Under the pieces are notes generated by a model. It did no database searches and had not been told where the DNA came from. It saw only the letters and a program-made list of their open reading frames with translations. A stretch of 64,000 bases of DNA, taken from a virus. Taxonomy: Duplodnaviria; Caudoviricetes. Position numbers and translations under genes: made by a program. The stretch is taken from positions 1 through 64,000 of the IMG/VR virus record IMGVR_UViG_3300037846_000091; one strand, written 5' to 3'. Numbering within the stretch: position 1 is the stretch's first letter; each line of letters opens with the position of its first letter. Shown here piece after piece: positions 8,669-19,095 of this stretch.

Positions 8669-9919
8669 ATGCAACCTTTCGCACGCTCCTACGCCATGCT
8701 CCGGGACAAGCCCGGTATCAAGTACCCCCACGCTGGCGGCCAGAGCTATGCCCCCGGCCAACTCCCGGCGGCCTACGGCTGGCCAACGGTCGTTCCAGTC
8801 TCCCCGCTCACTATCGTGATAGGCGAGCTTGGCGGAAAGTTTTACCAGAGCGACGTGGCTCCGTGGGCGGCGAAGGCCGGGCTCACCGCTCCGACCGTGC
8901 AGACGTACCTGCTCCCCGGCGCCGACGACTCGGCGGGAGACGCGGACGGGGAGGTCGCGCTGGACTGGCAACGCGCTGCCGAAGTGTGGTCGTACATGAC
9001 CGGCAGGCCCGCACAAATCTTGCTGGTGTACGGCCCCAACGCGGCGGGCGGAATGCCAGGGGTGATGGAATACGCCAACACACTCAATGCAATCGGCGCT
9101 GGCAGCTGGAGCTGGGGATCTCCCGAGACGCAAGCCGGCAGCGACCGCGCCCAGATGGACGCGGCGGCGCAGGCGGCGAAGTTCCCCTGGACGGCGGCGT
9201 CGGGAGACAACGATTCCAACGACGGGACAAACGCGCCCACGGTTGATTGCCCCGCGTGCATCCCGTCAATCACCGGCTGCGGCGGCACTTCCCGCGTTCC
9301 TTCGGGCGGTGCCGAAACCGTGTGGAACAACGGCGGCGGCGAGGGCACGGGCGGGGGCTTCAGCAAGCTCTACTCGCGGCCGACGTGGCAAGCCGCAAGC
9401 TCTCAGGGGGCCGGCCGCATGGTGCCGGACATTGCCGCCGTGGCCGATCCGCAGACGGGGTACGACTGTCTCATCAACGGCAGCTGGCAGACCATCGGTG
9501 GAACATCGGCTGTCGCACCCTTGATGGCCGGATTCTTTGCCGTGATGAACGGGGCCCGCGTCAAGGCCGGGCTGCCGATGATCGCTCAGGCCAACCCCGT
9601 GTTGTGGGGCCTGCCGTCGTGTTTCTTCGACATCATCAGTGGCAACAATGGGACGTACAACGCGACGGTCGGGGCAGATCCGTGCAGCGGCCTCGGGCGT
9701 GCCCTGTCGGCCCTGTTCGCCACGATGAGCGGCAGCGGACAGACGCCCCCTCCCCCTACTCCACCCCCAAGCAACGTGACTCTGGCGCAGGTGCAGGCCG
9801 CAGCTCTCTCCGGTCTGGCAGCGTGGGCGGCAACGCACACCGGGATCTGCCATTCCAAGATTCTCGGGGCGGCGCCGAGCGTCAACGCTGCCCTGGCGCC
9901 GCTGTTCCCCAATGGGTGA
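8669..9919 (+). CDS. Sedolisin/kumamolisin-family (S53) serine protease lacking a prodomain
   Basis: Catalytic ExxxD (GEVALD), SWSWG, oxyanion AASGD, nucleophile GGTSAVAP, PDIAAVADP, and Ca-site-like DIISGNNG...D.CSGLG. Confidence 0.9.
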   Translation: MQPFARSYAMLRDKPGIKYPHAGGQSYAPGQLPAAYGWPTVVPVSPLTIVIGELGGKFYQSDVAPWAAKAGLTAPTVQTYLLPGADDSAGDADGEVALDWQRAAEVWSYMTGRPAQILLVYGPNAAGGMPGVMEYANTLNAIGAGSWSWGSPETQAGSDRAQMDAAAQAAKFPWTAASGDNDSNDGTNAPTVDCPACIPSITGCGGTSRVPSGGAETVWNNGGGEGTGGGFSKLYSRPTWQAASSQGAGRMVPDIAAVADPQTGYDCLINGSWQTIGGTSAVAPLMAGFFAVMNGARVKAGLPMIAQANPVLWGLPSCFFDIISGNNGTYNATVGADPCSGLGRALSALFATMSGSGQTPPPPTPPPSNVTLAQVQAAALSGLAAWAATHTGICHSKILGAAPSVNAALAPLFPNG

Positions 9920-12318
9920 GCCCATGAAGTGCGAAGGCTGCGGAAGCGCTGCGGTTCGCCGGGTCCACACAACAAACGGTGGCCTGGCCCTCTGTCAGCA
10001 GTGCCTGGACGACATCAACCGCAAGAATCCCGAACTTATGCGGTTCAACAAAGCCCTGACGAAGTTTTTCTCGTTGCCCAATTGGCGTAAGCGCATCGGC
10101 CCTTGGAAGGATGTGAACGAAGCGTTGCACGAACTCGAAAAGGCTTTAAATGGTGAAGAGTGAGCCCATGACAAAAGCGCAGATGCAAACCGAGATCGAA
10201 TCGCTGCGGCAGCAGGTCAAGGGCCTGCTGGCCCGCGTGGACGAGTTGGAGAAGCGGCCGCCGCTCATCGTGAACGTGGACAAGTCGGTGTCCTATCCGG
10301 TGCCGTGGATGCCGGCTCCGGTGATTCTACCGCAACCGCAGTGGAATCCACCGCACTGGCCGACGATCATCTGCAACGACGACAGCGTTCGGCCGTCGCT
10401 GACGGGTGCAGTGCCACAATGCGGGCCTTCCTACGGTGGCGTTCCGCCTTTGAATGGCTGTAGCCGGACTGTAACGTCCTGCTGAGGCAGGCCCATGCGT
10501 GACCGCATCGAGTCCGTCCTGGCGTTCTTGGTGCTGATCGTGCTGATGACCGGCTACGCGATACGTGCGCTGGCGTGCGGTGCGTGGCGATGGCTTGTGA
10601 AATCGAGGTAATCCGTGAGCATCGACCTATCAAACCTGACTGCGGCGCCGTGGGAACCAGACTTCGATGATGGGTCAATCGAGGGTGTTTTGTGCATGGT
10701 GCCCCACGGAAACGTCAACACGGTGGCCCGCTGTGGTGGAGAGACGTTCTGCCATGCCGACCTAGCCTTCATCGCCCTGGCCCGCAACGAATTTGAAATC
10801 CGGATGCGGCGGGGGTGGTCCGTGGAGCGGCACGAGGACGGTCGCCGCTGGTACGTCCCCGGCCTGCAATTCTCCCTGCCGCCCGTGTTCGCCGACGACC
10901 CGTACACCGCCGTCATTCTGGCAGAAGCGTGGATGCTGGAGCAGGAGGCTACCCATGCCCTGCCGTGACGGTCACGAACCCGAGCACGACGGTGACCGTG
11001 TCCTGGCGTGGTTCGGCATTGCTGCGCTGGTGGAGTTGATAACTGGCAAGTAACCGACCTTTCTTGGAGGGAACCTACCGTGCTGGACCAAATCGTCGCC
11101 TTCGTCGCCTCGCTGTGGTTCGAGGTTTTCCCCGACTCCCGCGCTCTGGTGCAGAGCCTCATCTTCACCGTCATGTCGCCGGTGGTTGTGTGGCTGAGTC
11201 GGCGGGGGAAGAACGCCTACGCGGCTCGCCGGACGCGGCTCAGGCTTGCTGCGGCCGTCGAGAAGGAGCGCGAAGAACAGGCCATGTTCGCGCGGTGGAA
11301 GAAGTCGCTAGGCGGCGAACACGCCCGCGTCCGCCTCAACCGTCTCCCCGCTGGCGACACCGGAGCCTATCTGCCGATGGGGGAAGAGGTCGAAGTGGGC
11401 GAGTTGCTGACCAGCGAACACAACCACCCGCACAATGCCGCAACGTGCCCCGTGTGCCAGTCCGCTTGAGGAGTAAGCGTGTGCCACGAAGGCCGCCTGA
11501 TCCTGCTGGCCCTGTGCTGTGCTGCTGCGGCAACGCTGGTCGTCACGACGTTGATTGCCGCCAGCAGGCTGATGCCGTGACCGATGGCGTGGTGCCGTCG
11601 TTCGCTGACCAGCTGGCGGCGGCGATCATGCTGGTGTTCTTGCTCGCCGTGGCGACGTGCGCGGTGGTGAGCCTGATCGGAGGATGGTAGATGGACCGCC
11701 ATCCCGGCATCCGCTTTGACGGCGTCTACCTGGACGGGCGCCCTGACCCAGATGAACGTGAGCAGCCCGACATTGTTCCGCCGATGTACCGGCGTCGTCA
11801 GCAAGCCGTGGCCACGGCATACGAGAAATGCGCCGCGCACCTGGGCCGCGTGACGGCCGACCCGCCCGGGCAGGTTGCGGCCGTACTGTCGCGGGTGGCT
11901 GCGGAGTTCCGACGATGGGCTGAGGAAGCCCGGAGGTAACCATGTCCGGCATGTGGCTCATTGTGCTGACGATCTACAAGCTGAACGGCGGCGGCGAAGT
12001 TGCGACCCCGTTCTGGTTGCTTGCCATCCCCATGCTCATTCAGGACACTTACGACCTGATCCACCACTGGCCTTTCGGCCATCGCACGGAGTATAGGCCA
12101 TGAACGGCATTGAGGCCGCAAGATTGTTTCTGCTCGCCGTCATCCCGCTCCTGGACGCCGGCTCGTACCGGTGCCGGGAAGCCGCAAGCCGAACCCTTCA
12201 GCCCGTCTACAACGTCGGGGCTGACCCCGCAGCCGTTCACCGGATGCTCGCGGAGATGCAGGTGCTTGAGGTCGAGTGGACACGCAGGCACGCCGAAGCG
12301 AAGCAACCCGAACGCTGA
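9912..12318 (+). other. Run of short coupled hypothetical phage ORFs (9912-10163, 10150-10485, 10615-10968, 11080-11469, 11691-11939, 12100-12318 and others)
   Basis: Tightly overlapping start/stop codons. Several ORFs have TM helices or Cys pairs. No family recognised. Confidence 0.55.
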
Positions 12319-12392
12319 CCGATCACTCGCTACCGGCCGCGCCGAGTCATGCCGGCGCGGCCCCCAAACGGTAGTCCCCCTACCGTTCCGAA

Positions 12393-12427
12393 GGCCCTGG
12401 CTGACGAGAGTTGGCCAGGGTCTTTTT
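12393..12427 (+). terminator. Intrinsic terminator
   Basis: ggccctggc/gccagggtc stem plus TTTTT. Confidence 0.7.
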
Positions 12428-12432
12428 CGCGC

Positions 12433-12460
12433 TTGCACCTACCGACATTGTGTGTATAAT
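12433..12460 (+). promoter_or_regulatory. Sigma70-like promoter
   Basis: TTGCAC, 16 nt, TATAAT, upstream of the RHH gene. Confidence 0.6.
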
Positions 12461-12495
12461 CTTCGTGTGGCTACACTGTCTCACGGAGTAAACCA

Positions 12496-12702
12496 ATGGC
12501 ACGCAGACCCCGCACGCTCAAACCCGTCGAAGGGCCGACCGCAGGCAAGCACTTTCGCCTGGAACCCGAGACACTGGCCCAACTGGACGCGGTCAAAAAA
12601 CACCTTCAGGACTCGCAAGACGGAACGACTTTCCCCAAGAAAATAAGCCGTGCTGACGCCATAAGATACTGCGCAAAGGTAACTTACGACCAAATAAAAT
12701 AA
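12496..12702 (+). CDS. Ribbon-helix-helix DNA-binding protein
   Basis: Strand KHFRL, helix PETLAQLDAVKKHL, helix SRADAIRYCAK. Confidence 0.6.
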   Translation: MARRPRTLKPVEGPTAGKHFRLEPETLAQLDAVKKHLQDSQDGTTFPKKISRADAIRYCAKVTYDQIK

Positions 12703-12707
12703 TTGTG

Positions 12708-12735
12708 TTGACACTGTGGACACAGACGCTACAAT
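12708..12735 (+). promoter_or_regulatory. Sigma70-like promoter with a palindrome in the spacer
   Basis: TTGACA, 16 nt, TACAAT. The spacer contains CTGTG-ga-CACAG. Confidence 0.65.
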
Positions 12736-13042
12736 GTGGGTGTAGTGAGAAACGAACCCCTGACCTGGAGTGAACGATGAAGACAACGATAACTGCTCCA
12801 ACCGGGAAAAGTGGCCTGGCGGTCGAGCCGTGGTCCAAAGGCGAAGTCTACGCCGTGGCCGCCAACTGGGCGCAGGCTAGCGATCCAGTCCTGAGCTACG
12901 GCCAGCGCGGCTGGGACATCGAGGAGTGCGGCCGTCAGGTGGCCGATTTCCGCCACAGCGCACGGGCGGCCCTGGAATCGGTCATTCGCAGGGCTATCGA
13001 GGCGGGAGGCGACACGCCCGACGATGACGAGGTCGAGGGGCT

Positions 13043-13092
13043 TTGCAACGCATTGTCGCCGCGCAACGCTTTGCGCCGGGGCGCAACGCATT
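13043..13092. repeat. Left subterminal GCAACGCATT-type repeats
   Basis: GCAACG at 13045, 13063 and 13083. Confidence 0.75.
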
Positions 13093-13293
13093 GCAGGCCA
13101 ACCGCCATTCTGGCAGCCCCGGTTTGTGGCAGAAAGCCCAGAACGGCTATCCTGCCAGACATGCGTACTCCCGTCAAGTCTGCGAACCACGGCTAGGGGT
13201 TGACCGATGCGGACAACCCTGATAAGCCCCCCGCCCGTCTCGGCTGCGCCTGGAGGCGTGCCGGAAGAGGTAGGCCCCTGGCAGGGAAGCCGG

Positions 13294-14430
13294 ATGGGTA
13301 AGCGGGCAAAGAAGTTGCCAGAGGACGACCAGCCAGCTATTTTGCAGCCTGGCTATGTTGAAGATTTCATCTCGGGAAAGCCGGTTAAATCGACACCCGA
13401 AGAGCTTGAGGCTGTTCAAGTCTTCTCTCGCCGTCTAGTTCAAGAATTCGGCTATCCCAAGAGCGTTATCGTAACTCGACCACAGCACCGCGTGCGTCAA
13501 CGACCTTCTGGAGCCAGGAAACGCGGGTATCCAGTTGACATAGCGGTATTCAGTTCTGATCGAAAGCATGAGGACGACCTTTTCATACTGGTAGAATGCA
13601 AGCGGGAAACCGAGAAGGACGGAGAAAAGCAACTCAAACTATACTTATCCATGTCATCTGCCCAGGTTGGCGTCTGGTTCAACGGCAAGAACCATCTGTA
13701 CTTGCTGAAGAAATACCGAACAGACGGGACGGTTGAATGGCTGCCCCTGCCGACCATTCCGAAATGGGGCCAGTCTCTCTCAGACATAGGTTCGCTTACC
13801 AGAGATCAATTAACAGTCCCTACCAACCTAAAGGCGACATTCAAAGATATTCGTAATCACCTTGCGGGTAATACTACCGGTATCACAAGAGATCAGTCAT
13901 TGGCCCAAGAGATCATGGCTCTCCTGTTCTGCAAAATATTTGACGAACTAGATACCGGCCCAAAGGACTTGCCAAGATTCCGCGCCCCGATAGACGAGAA
14001 TCCCAAGGCTGTAGCAAAGAGAATCAGCGAACTGTTCAAGGCCGTTAAGTTGGAATACGCCGATGTTTTCCAACCGCAAGAGGTCATTTCGCTTGACGAG
14101 GATAGTATCCGCTATGTTGTCGGAGAGCTACAAAACTACCTGATTACAGGATCTACCCGCGATGCTGTCGGTGAAGCCTTCGAGGTTTTTGTCGGACCGG
14201 CTGTCCGGGGCGAAGAGGGTCAGTTTTTCACGCCACGCAACGTGGTGCAGATGATGGTAAAGCTCATTGATCCTGAGCCTGGAGAGATGCTAATCGACCC
14301 GGCTTGCGGTTCTGGAGGTTTCTTGGTTGTCGCTCTTGAGCATATCTGGCGAGAGCTTGAAAAAGAGCAGAAGAAAAAGGCTTGGACGGCAACAGTTCAA
14401 CCCGGACGGCACGGTCACGGATACCCGTAG
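13294..14430 (+). pseudogene. 3'-truncated type I-like restriction N-domain/N6-adenine methyltransferase fusion
   Basis: HsdR_N-like PEELEAVQ...VDIAVF...ILVECK, then GQFFTPRNVV and IDPACGSGGFL (motif I). It ends before any NPPF motif, and GC is lower than in the flanks. Confidence 0.85.
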
Positions 14431-15436
14431 CGTGACGTTCACCGAGAAGGTGACGTACAAGCAGGATTGGCCTGCCTACAACCTCGCCCAGAGCATCGAG
14501 AAGGACCGCCTACAAGTCCTGCTGTTCGATCTATGCAAGGGCCTTGTCGAGCCGGAGCGCCCGGTCACGCGAGGGCAGAAGCCGCACACCCTGCGAGACA
14601 CGATCTTCGCCACCGTGTTCAAAGTCTACAGCACGTTCTCCAGCCGCCGGTTCACCTGCGATCTGGACGAAGCCCACAGGCGCGGCTACCTGTCCAAGAC
14701 CATCCCAGGCGTCAAGACGACGGCCTTCATGGAGAACGCCGACCTTACCCCGGTCCTGAAGGAACTAATCGTCAAGAGCGCTGCACCCCTGAAGGCAGTC
14801 GAGACGGCGTTCGCCATCGACAGCAGCGGCTTTTCGACGTGCAAGTTTGAGCGGTGGTACGACCACAAGTACGGCGTGACGAAGATGCGGCACGTCTGGG
14901 TGAAATGCCACATCGCCTGTGGGGTCAAGACGAACGTGGTAACGGCCGTCCGCATCTTGGACAAGGACGCGGCCGACTGCCCTCAGTTCGTGCCGCTGGT
15001 CAAGGATACCCGCAAGGAGTTCAGCATCAGCGAAGTGAGCGCCGACAAGGCTTACCTGTCGGTCGAGAACTTCGAGGAAGTCGCCGGCATGGGCGGGAAC
15101 GCCTTTATCCAGTTCAAGAGCAACAGCACCGGCGGCGCCGGGGGCCTGTTCGAGAAGATGTTCCACTACTTTCAGTTTCAGAAGGAAGAGTACATGGCCC
15201 ACTACCACAAGCGAAGCAACGTCGAAAGCACGTTCTCAGCCGTCAAGCGGAAGTTCGGGGACAGCGTCCGCAGCAAGAACGACGTGGCGATGGTCAACGA
15301 AGTCCTGTGCAAGCTGCTCTGTCACAACCTCTGCTGCGTGATTCAAGAGCAATGTGAGTTGGGTATCGAGCCGATCTTCTGGCCAGCGGCCGACGCCAGC
15401 AAGCCCGTCATGGTCCAGGCCATCCAGCACAACTAA
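14390..15436 (+). CDS. DDE transposase (DDE_Tnp_1/IS5-like), 5'-truncated with no evident start
   Basis: AIDSSGF (D1), WVKCHIA, SADKAY (D2) and YHKRSNVESTF (E). The frame begins inside the methylase 3' end. Confidence 0.85.
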   Translation, partial: QQFNPDGTVTDTRSVTFTEKVTYKQDWPAYNLAQSIEKDRLQVLLFDLCKGLVEPERPVTRGQKPHTLRDTIFATVFKVYSTFSSRRFTCDLDEAHRRGYLSKTIPGVKTTAFMENADLTPVLKELIVKSAAPLKAVETAFAIDSSGFSTCKFERWYDHKYGVTKMRHVWVKCHIACGVKTNVVTAVRILDKDAADCPQFVPLVKDTRKEFSISEVSADKAYLSVENFEEVAGMGGNAFIQFKSNSTGGAGGLFEKMFHYFQFQKEEYMAHYHKRSNVESTFSAVKRKFGDSVRSKNDVAMVNEVLCKLLCHNLCCVIQEQCELGIEPIFWPAADASKPVMVQAIQHN

Positions 15437-15448
15437 GGGAGAGCATCC

Positions 15449-15706
15449 ATGCGCGTGTTCTACAAGGCTGAAGTTTCCGTTTACAGGCAGGGGGCGGTTC
15501 GCTGGTGCTGTACCGGTATGGCTCGCTGGTGGGGTGTCCTGGTAGGCTTCGGGGTCCGGGACTGTGCCTCCACGAGCCGGACGGTCAACATCTACCTGAA
15601 CCGGCCGCAGGCGAACGGCAAGACGGCCGTGGAGGTCGTTCCGATTGACTGCTGCCCGTGGTGTGGGGAAGCTGTTGAGGTCTGCCGAAGCAAGGCAACA
15701 AGTTGA
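15449..15706 (+). CDS. Cys-rich passenger protein
   Basis: WCC and CCPWCG. RBS ggaga directly after the transposase. Confidence 0.55.
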   Translation: MRVFYKAEVSVYRQGAVRWCCTGMARWWGVLVGFGVRDCASTSRTVNIYLNRPQANGKTAVEVVPIDCCPWCGEAVEVCRSKATS

Positions 15707-15896
15707 GTGCGGCGCTGTCGTTCGGTTATCTTTGCGTGAAACTGAGGTCAGGTTCTTTATCGCAGGGTAACCGATTATGTCTGGCATGAGCGCAAATCAG
15801 ATTTTTTGCACATGCGACCGTCTTGTGCGTTATTTCCCGCCCAACGCAGTCTTTACGGGTTGTACATTCTCTGGCCGTTGGCGATGCAGACGCTGT

Positions 15897-16175
15897 TCAG
15901 GGCTTGCGGCGGATGTTGTTGAAGAGAACCTCGACCAGTTCCTTGCCGCCGGGGCCGCCATGATAGATCGACCGGAGGAATGTGATGGTGCGATCTGCGG
16001 CATCTTCCAAGATCCACTGGCAATCAGCGAAATGGCACTGCGACATTCGGGGCAACGTCCCGCCCCGGTACACAAGACGGCACTGGCGAAACTCGCACGC
16101 TTCGTACTCGTTGCCGTCCACTATCTCAGTACTGTTGTGAAAAACACCCTGCTTATGTGTCGCCATATTTTGCAT
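15897..16175 (-). CDS. Passenger hypothetical protein
   Basis: VDGNEYEACEFRQCRLVYRGG, pentapeptide/beta-helix-like. Confidence 0.55.
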   Translation of the reverse strand: MQNMATHKQGVFHNSTEIVDGNEYEACEFRQCRLVYRGGTLPRMSQCHFADCQWILEDAADRTITFLRSIYHGGPGGKELVEVLFNNIRRKP

Positions 16176-16205
16176 TCCTAACGCCCGTGCTAATGAGAGG
16201 CGCCG

Positions 16206-16475
16206 ATGAAGCAGAAGGGAAAAGGGCAGAGAATAACATTAGGGACTAAATTGGTCCACGTTTTGTGGTTTGACTCTTCCATCACCCAGGGCGAAACCAC
16301 GTCCGTTGAGTGTGCCTCTGGAATTCTGGAAAATGAAAGCGCCGGCGTTCTCGTTCGGGAAGACAAGAAGTGTATCACCATCGCCCTTGATCGGTGTATT
16401 GGCACCGGTGGGCTGCGGTGTACACTTTGCATTCCGAAGGTGAATGTCCGGCGCATCCGCCGTTTTAGGGCGTAG
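16206..16475 (+). CDS. Passenger hypothetical protein (Sm-like beta-barrel appearance)
   Basis: LVHVLWFDS...SGILENESAGVLVREDKKCITIALD...IPKVNVRRI. Confidence 0.5.
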   Translation: MKQKGKGQRITLGTKLVHVLWFDSSITQGETTSVECASGILENESAGVLVREDKKCITIALDRCIGTGGLRCTLCIPKVNVRRIRRFRA

Positions 16476-16616
16476 CTACTTCTTCTTCGGCGGCGGCGTC
16501 TGGTTCTTCTTGGCCTGTGCCAAGTCAGACGCGGCAACCGTCCTGTCCTTCGGAGGCGTCTTCTTGTCGCCGAGCAGCTTGCCCGCGTCACTCGCCGGTT
16601 TCTTCCCTGTGGTCAT
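16476..16616 (-). CDS. 46-aa basic passenger peptide
   Basis: MTTGKKPASDAGKLLGDKKTPPKDRTVAASDLAQAKK..., with a ggag RBS. Below the ORF-track cutoff. Confidence 0.55.
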   Translation of the reverse strand: MTTGKKPASDAGKLLGDKKTPPKDRTVAASDLAQAKKNQTPPPKKK

Positions 16617-16826
16617 GGGACACTCCTTCAGAATGGTAACGCTCGCCCACCACGCGCCGTGGTAGGGGACTGCGAAGCAGGCGAGCGTGTTTTCAGCTGG
16701 AATTTGCCTACCACGGCAATAGGAATTCTAAACCGGGCGGTATGGGGATGTCAAGGGAATTCATATACTGCTGACCAGAAGTGTTCCGAGGTTCCCATGT
16801 ATACGGTCGTCCTGTCCCATGCGGCC

Positions 16827-16858
16827 TTGCAACGCATTGATGTAACTTGCAACGCATT
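16827..16858. repeat. Right subterminal TTGCAACGCATT repeats
   Basis: Exact 12-mer at 16827 and 16847 (20-bp period). Confidence 0.8.
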
Positions 16859-17427
16859 AAGTGGTTTATGGCTCAATGCGTTGCAAAGCCAGGTCGAGGC
16901 GATCCTAGACGACGCGGAGGAGATCAGCGATGAGGATCAAGACGATGATTGACCAACACTACCCGCCGCCCTGCGTCCACACGGAAGGCATCGGTCTGTG
17001 CGCCGCCTGCCAGGAGGCTTTCGGCGAAGATCCGCAAGCCTACTGTGAGTACGGCGACCATCCGGAAGGAATCGCCAACTTCCGCCGCGATCAGGAGATG
17101 ATCGACGCGGACATGAGAGCGCGGGACACGCAGCCTCCCAGCGTACCCGACCCAAGCATACCGTTCTAACGAGACACCCCAACGCGACCCGGCCGCTTGC
17201 CGGGGAGGAGTAGGACCATGACAAGCTGCAAGTGGACAACCGTCAAAGAGGTCGCTTACGACGGCAAGTACGACGGCTGCAACACAGACCGCCGGGCCTG
17301 CGGCGGTATCGTGCTGATTCAGGAACGCCGCAAGGGCGGCAAGGTCGAACGCCGGGCCGTCACGAGCAACGGCCCGTTTCACTTCGTGACTCCCCTGGAG
17401 CCCGCTTCGCTTGTCCGCTGAACCTGG

Positions 17428-17512
17428 CCCGGGCGTGGCCGAATAGAAGCGAGAGCGTGATGGTATTGGTAGCCGCGCTTCGCAGCATCTCCCGCCCGGG
17501 TCTTTTTCTTTG
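17428..17512 (+). terminator. Long structured terminator
   Basis: cccgggcg/cgcccggg outer stem, gaagcg/cgcttc inner stem, tail TCTTTTTCTTT. Confidence 0.6.
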
Positions 17513-17581
17513 AACGCCAATCCCGCAAAACGAACGCAAAAAACGCTGGCGAACGCAGACCCCTGTCAAGTCCCGTTCCTC

Positions 17582-17610
17582 TTGCCCACCGCAGCCGTCC
17601 TTGCTACACT
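17582..17610 (+). promoter_or_regulatory. Promoter upstream of the tRNA half
   Basis: TTGCCC, 17 nt, TACACT, with an extended -10 TGc. Confidence 0.6.
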
Positions 17611-17660
17611 CCACCTATCCAGCAACGGATTCACACCTTGCGGTCACGGACGACCACGCG

Positions 17661-17701
<41 letters not shown>

Positions 17702-17828
17702 CTCTGGCCTGTTGAGCCTCCAAAGGGTGACGTTCTTCCAAATGCCAAAGCCGCAGTAACTTGCGGCGGCCCGCTCCAAAGCGGCGTGGCGTCCTTTCCA
17801 GACTTGTGCGTTCGTTTTAACGCCAAAC

Positions 17829-18986
17829 ATGCGAAATGAGGACGACATGCCGCGTACCCCACGGTTTCCAAAGTATCCCGCTCGCGCCCATCCCAACGGA
17901 CAAGCGAGAATAAGCGTAGCCAAGGTGCAAATATACTTGGGGGCCTTCGGCAGCGCCGAGTCCTGGCGCGAGTACAACCGCCTTCTCGCCGAGTGGACCG
18001 CCGCCCGCGCAGGCGAGCCCCTGCCCGCAGCGCCTGCCGGCAAGCTGACGGTCGCGGTCCTGGTCGTGCTGTTCCTGCACGCCGCCGAGAAGGATCGCAC
18101 GGACCCCGAGTTCAGGGAGTATCGCATCACGTGCGAAACGCTGGTGCAACTCTACGGCGACCGCCCGGCTGTGGAGTTCGGCCCGATCGCGCTGCGTGCG
18201 GTCAGGCAAGCGTGGGTCGATGCCGGGTGCTGCCGAAGGACGTGCAACCAGCGTGCTGGCAGGGTCAAGACGATGCTCAAGTGGGCCGTCGCGGAGGAGC
18301 TTGTACCCGCCAGCGTCCACGAGGCCCTGCTGCGTGTGCCTGGCTTGCAAGCTGGCCGCACGTCGGCTCCAGACCGGCCGAAGGTGTTGCCGGTGTCGCC
18401 AGAGGTCGTGGAGCGCACGCTGCCCTGGCTGTCGCCGGTGCTTCAGGCGATGGTCCGCGTGCAGCAGTACACCGGAATGCGTCCGGGGGAAGTGTGCATC
18501 ATGCGGCCGACGGACCTGGATCGATCCTCGCTAGCCATCGATGGGGTGCCGATATGGGTTTTTAGGCCATCGATGCACAAGGGGCTGTGGCGGGGCAAGT
18601 CGAAAGCCGTGGTGATCGGCCCCAAAGCCCAGGCCGTGCTGCTGCCGTTCCTGGACCGCGCCCCCGACGCCTATCTCTTCACGCCGGCCGAATCGCGCGG
18701 AGGTGTCAGGCCGCCCGGCAGTAAGCGTGCGCCGGGGGCTCGCTGGATGAACTACGCCTACGCCAACGCAATCCATTGGGCCATTGACCGCGCCAACCGG
18801 CACGGTGAGGAGATCCCGCATTGGACTCCCCACCAGGTGCGCCACCAGGTCGCAACCGAGGTCAGGGCGCAGTACGGGCTGGAGGCGAGCCGGAACGTCC
18901 TTGGCCATTCCGACCCCGGCATTACACTTCTCTACGCCGAACGCGACCTGCAAGCGGCTGCGGCCATCGTGGCGAAGTTGGGGTGA
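17829..18986 (+). CDS. int: Tyrosine recombinase/phage integrase
   Basis: TGMRPGEV (R), HQVRH (HxxR), LGH and TLLY (Y). The N-terminal YLGAFGSAES arm domain is typical of planctomycete integrases. Confidence 0.95.
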   Translation: MRNEDDMPRTPRFPKYPARAHPNGQARISVAKVQIYLGAFGSAESWREYNRLLAEWTAARAGEPLPAAPAGKLTVAVLVVLFLHAAEKDRTDPEFREYRITCETLVQLYGDRPAVEFGPIALRAVRQAWVDAGCCRRTCNQRAGRVKTMLKWAVAEELVPASVHEALLRVPGLQAGRTSAPDRPKVLPVSPEVVERTLPWLSPVLQAMVRVQQYTGMRPGEVCIMRPTDLDRSSLAIDGVPIWVFRPSMHKGLWRGKSKAVVIGPKAQAVLLPFLDRAPDAYLFTPAESRGGVRPPGSKRAPGARWMNYAYANAIHWAIDRANRHGEEIPHWTPHQVRHQVATEVRAQYGLEASRNVLGHSDPGITLLYAERDLQAAAAIVAKLG

Positions 18987-19095
18987 GGCGGAAAAAACCT
19001 ACACTAACATACGCAAAAATATACGTGACTCCCCAAGCCTATTACCTGTCATCTCTTGGCACTACGGCGCTCCCTGGTAGCTAATCCCCCTGGTA

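Larger units (their letters stand above)
13039..16890 (+). mobile_element. IS5-family (IS903-group-like) cargo transposon, 3852 bp
   Basis: Perfect 17-bp TIRs GGCTTTGCAACGCATTG (13039-13055) / CAATGCGTTGCAAAGCC (16874-16890), flanked by the 9-bp direct repeat AGGTCGAGG (13030-13038 and 16891-16899). A DDE transposase lies inside. IS903 also has GGCTTTG ends and 9-bp TSDs. Confidence 0.92.
12777..16952 (+). pseudogene. Small acidic phage gene split by the transposon (5' part 12777-13038, 3' part 16900-16952)
   Basis: Removing 13039-16899 restores the frame: ...GGDTPDDDEVE-A-ILDDAEEISDEDQDDD*. Confidence 0.85.

Noticed and set aside
14360-14430. Programmed frameshift fusing methylase and transposase
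   Set aside because: It would need a +1 shift, there is no proper slippery heptamer, and both proteins are missing essential parts at the junction. A deletion explains it better.
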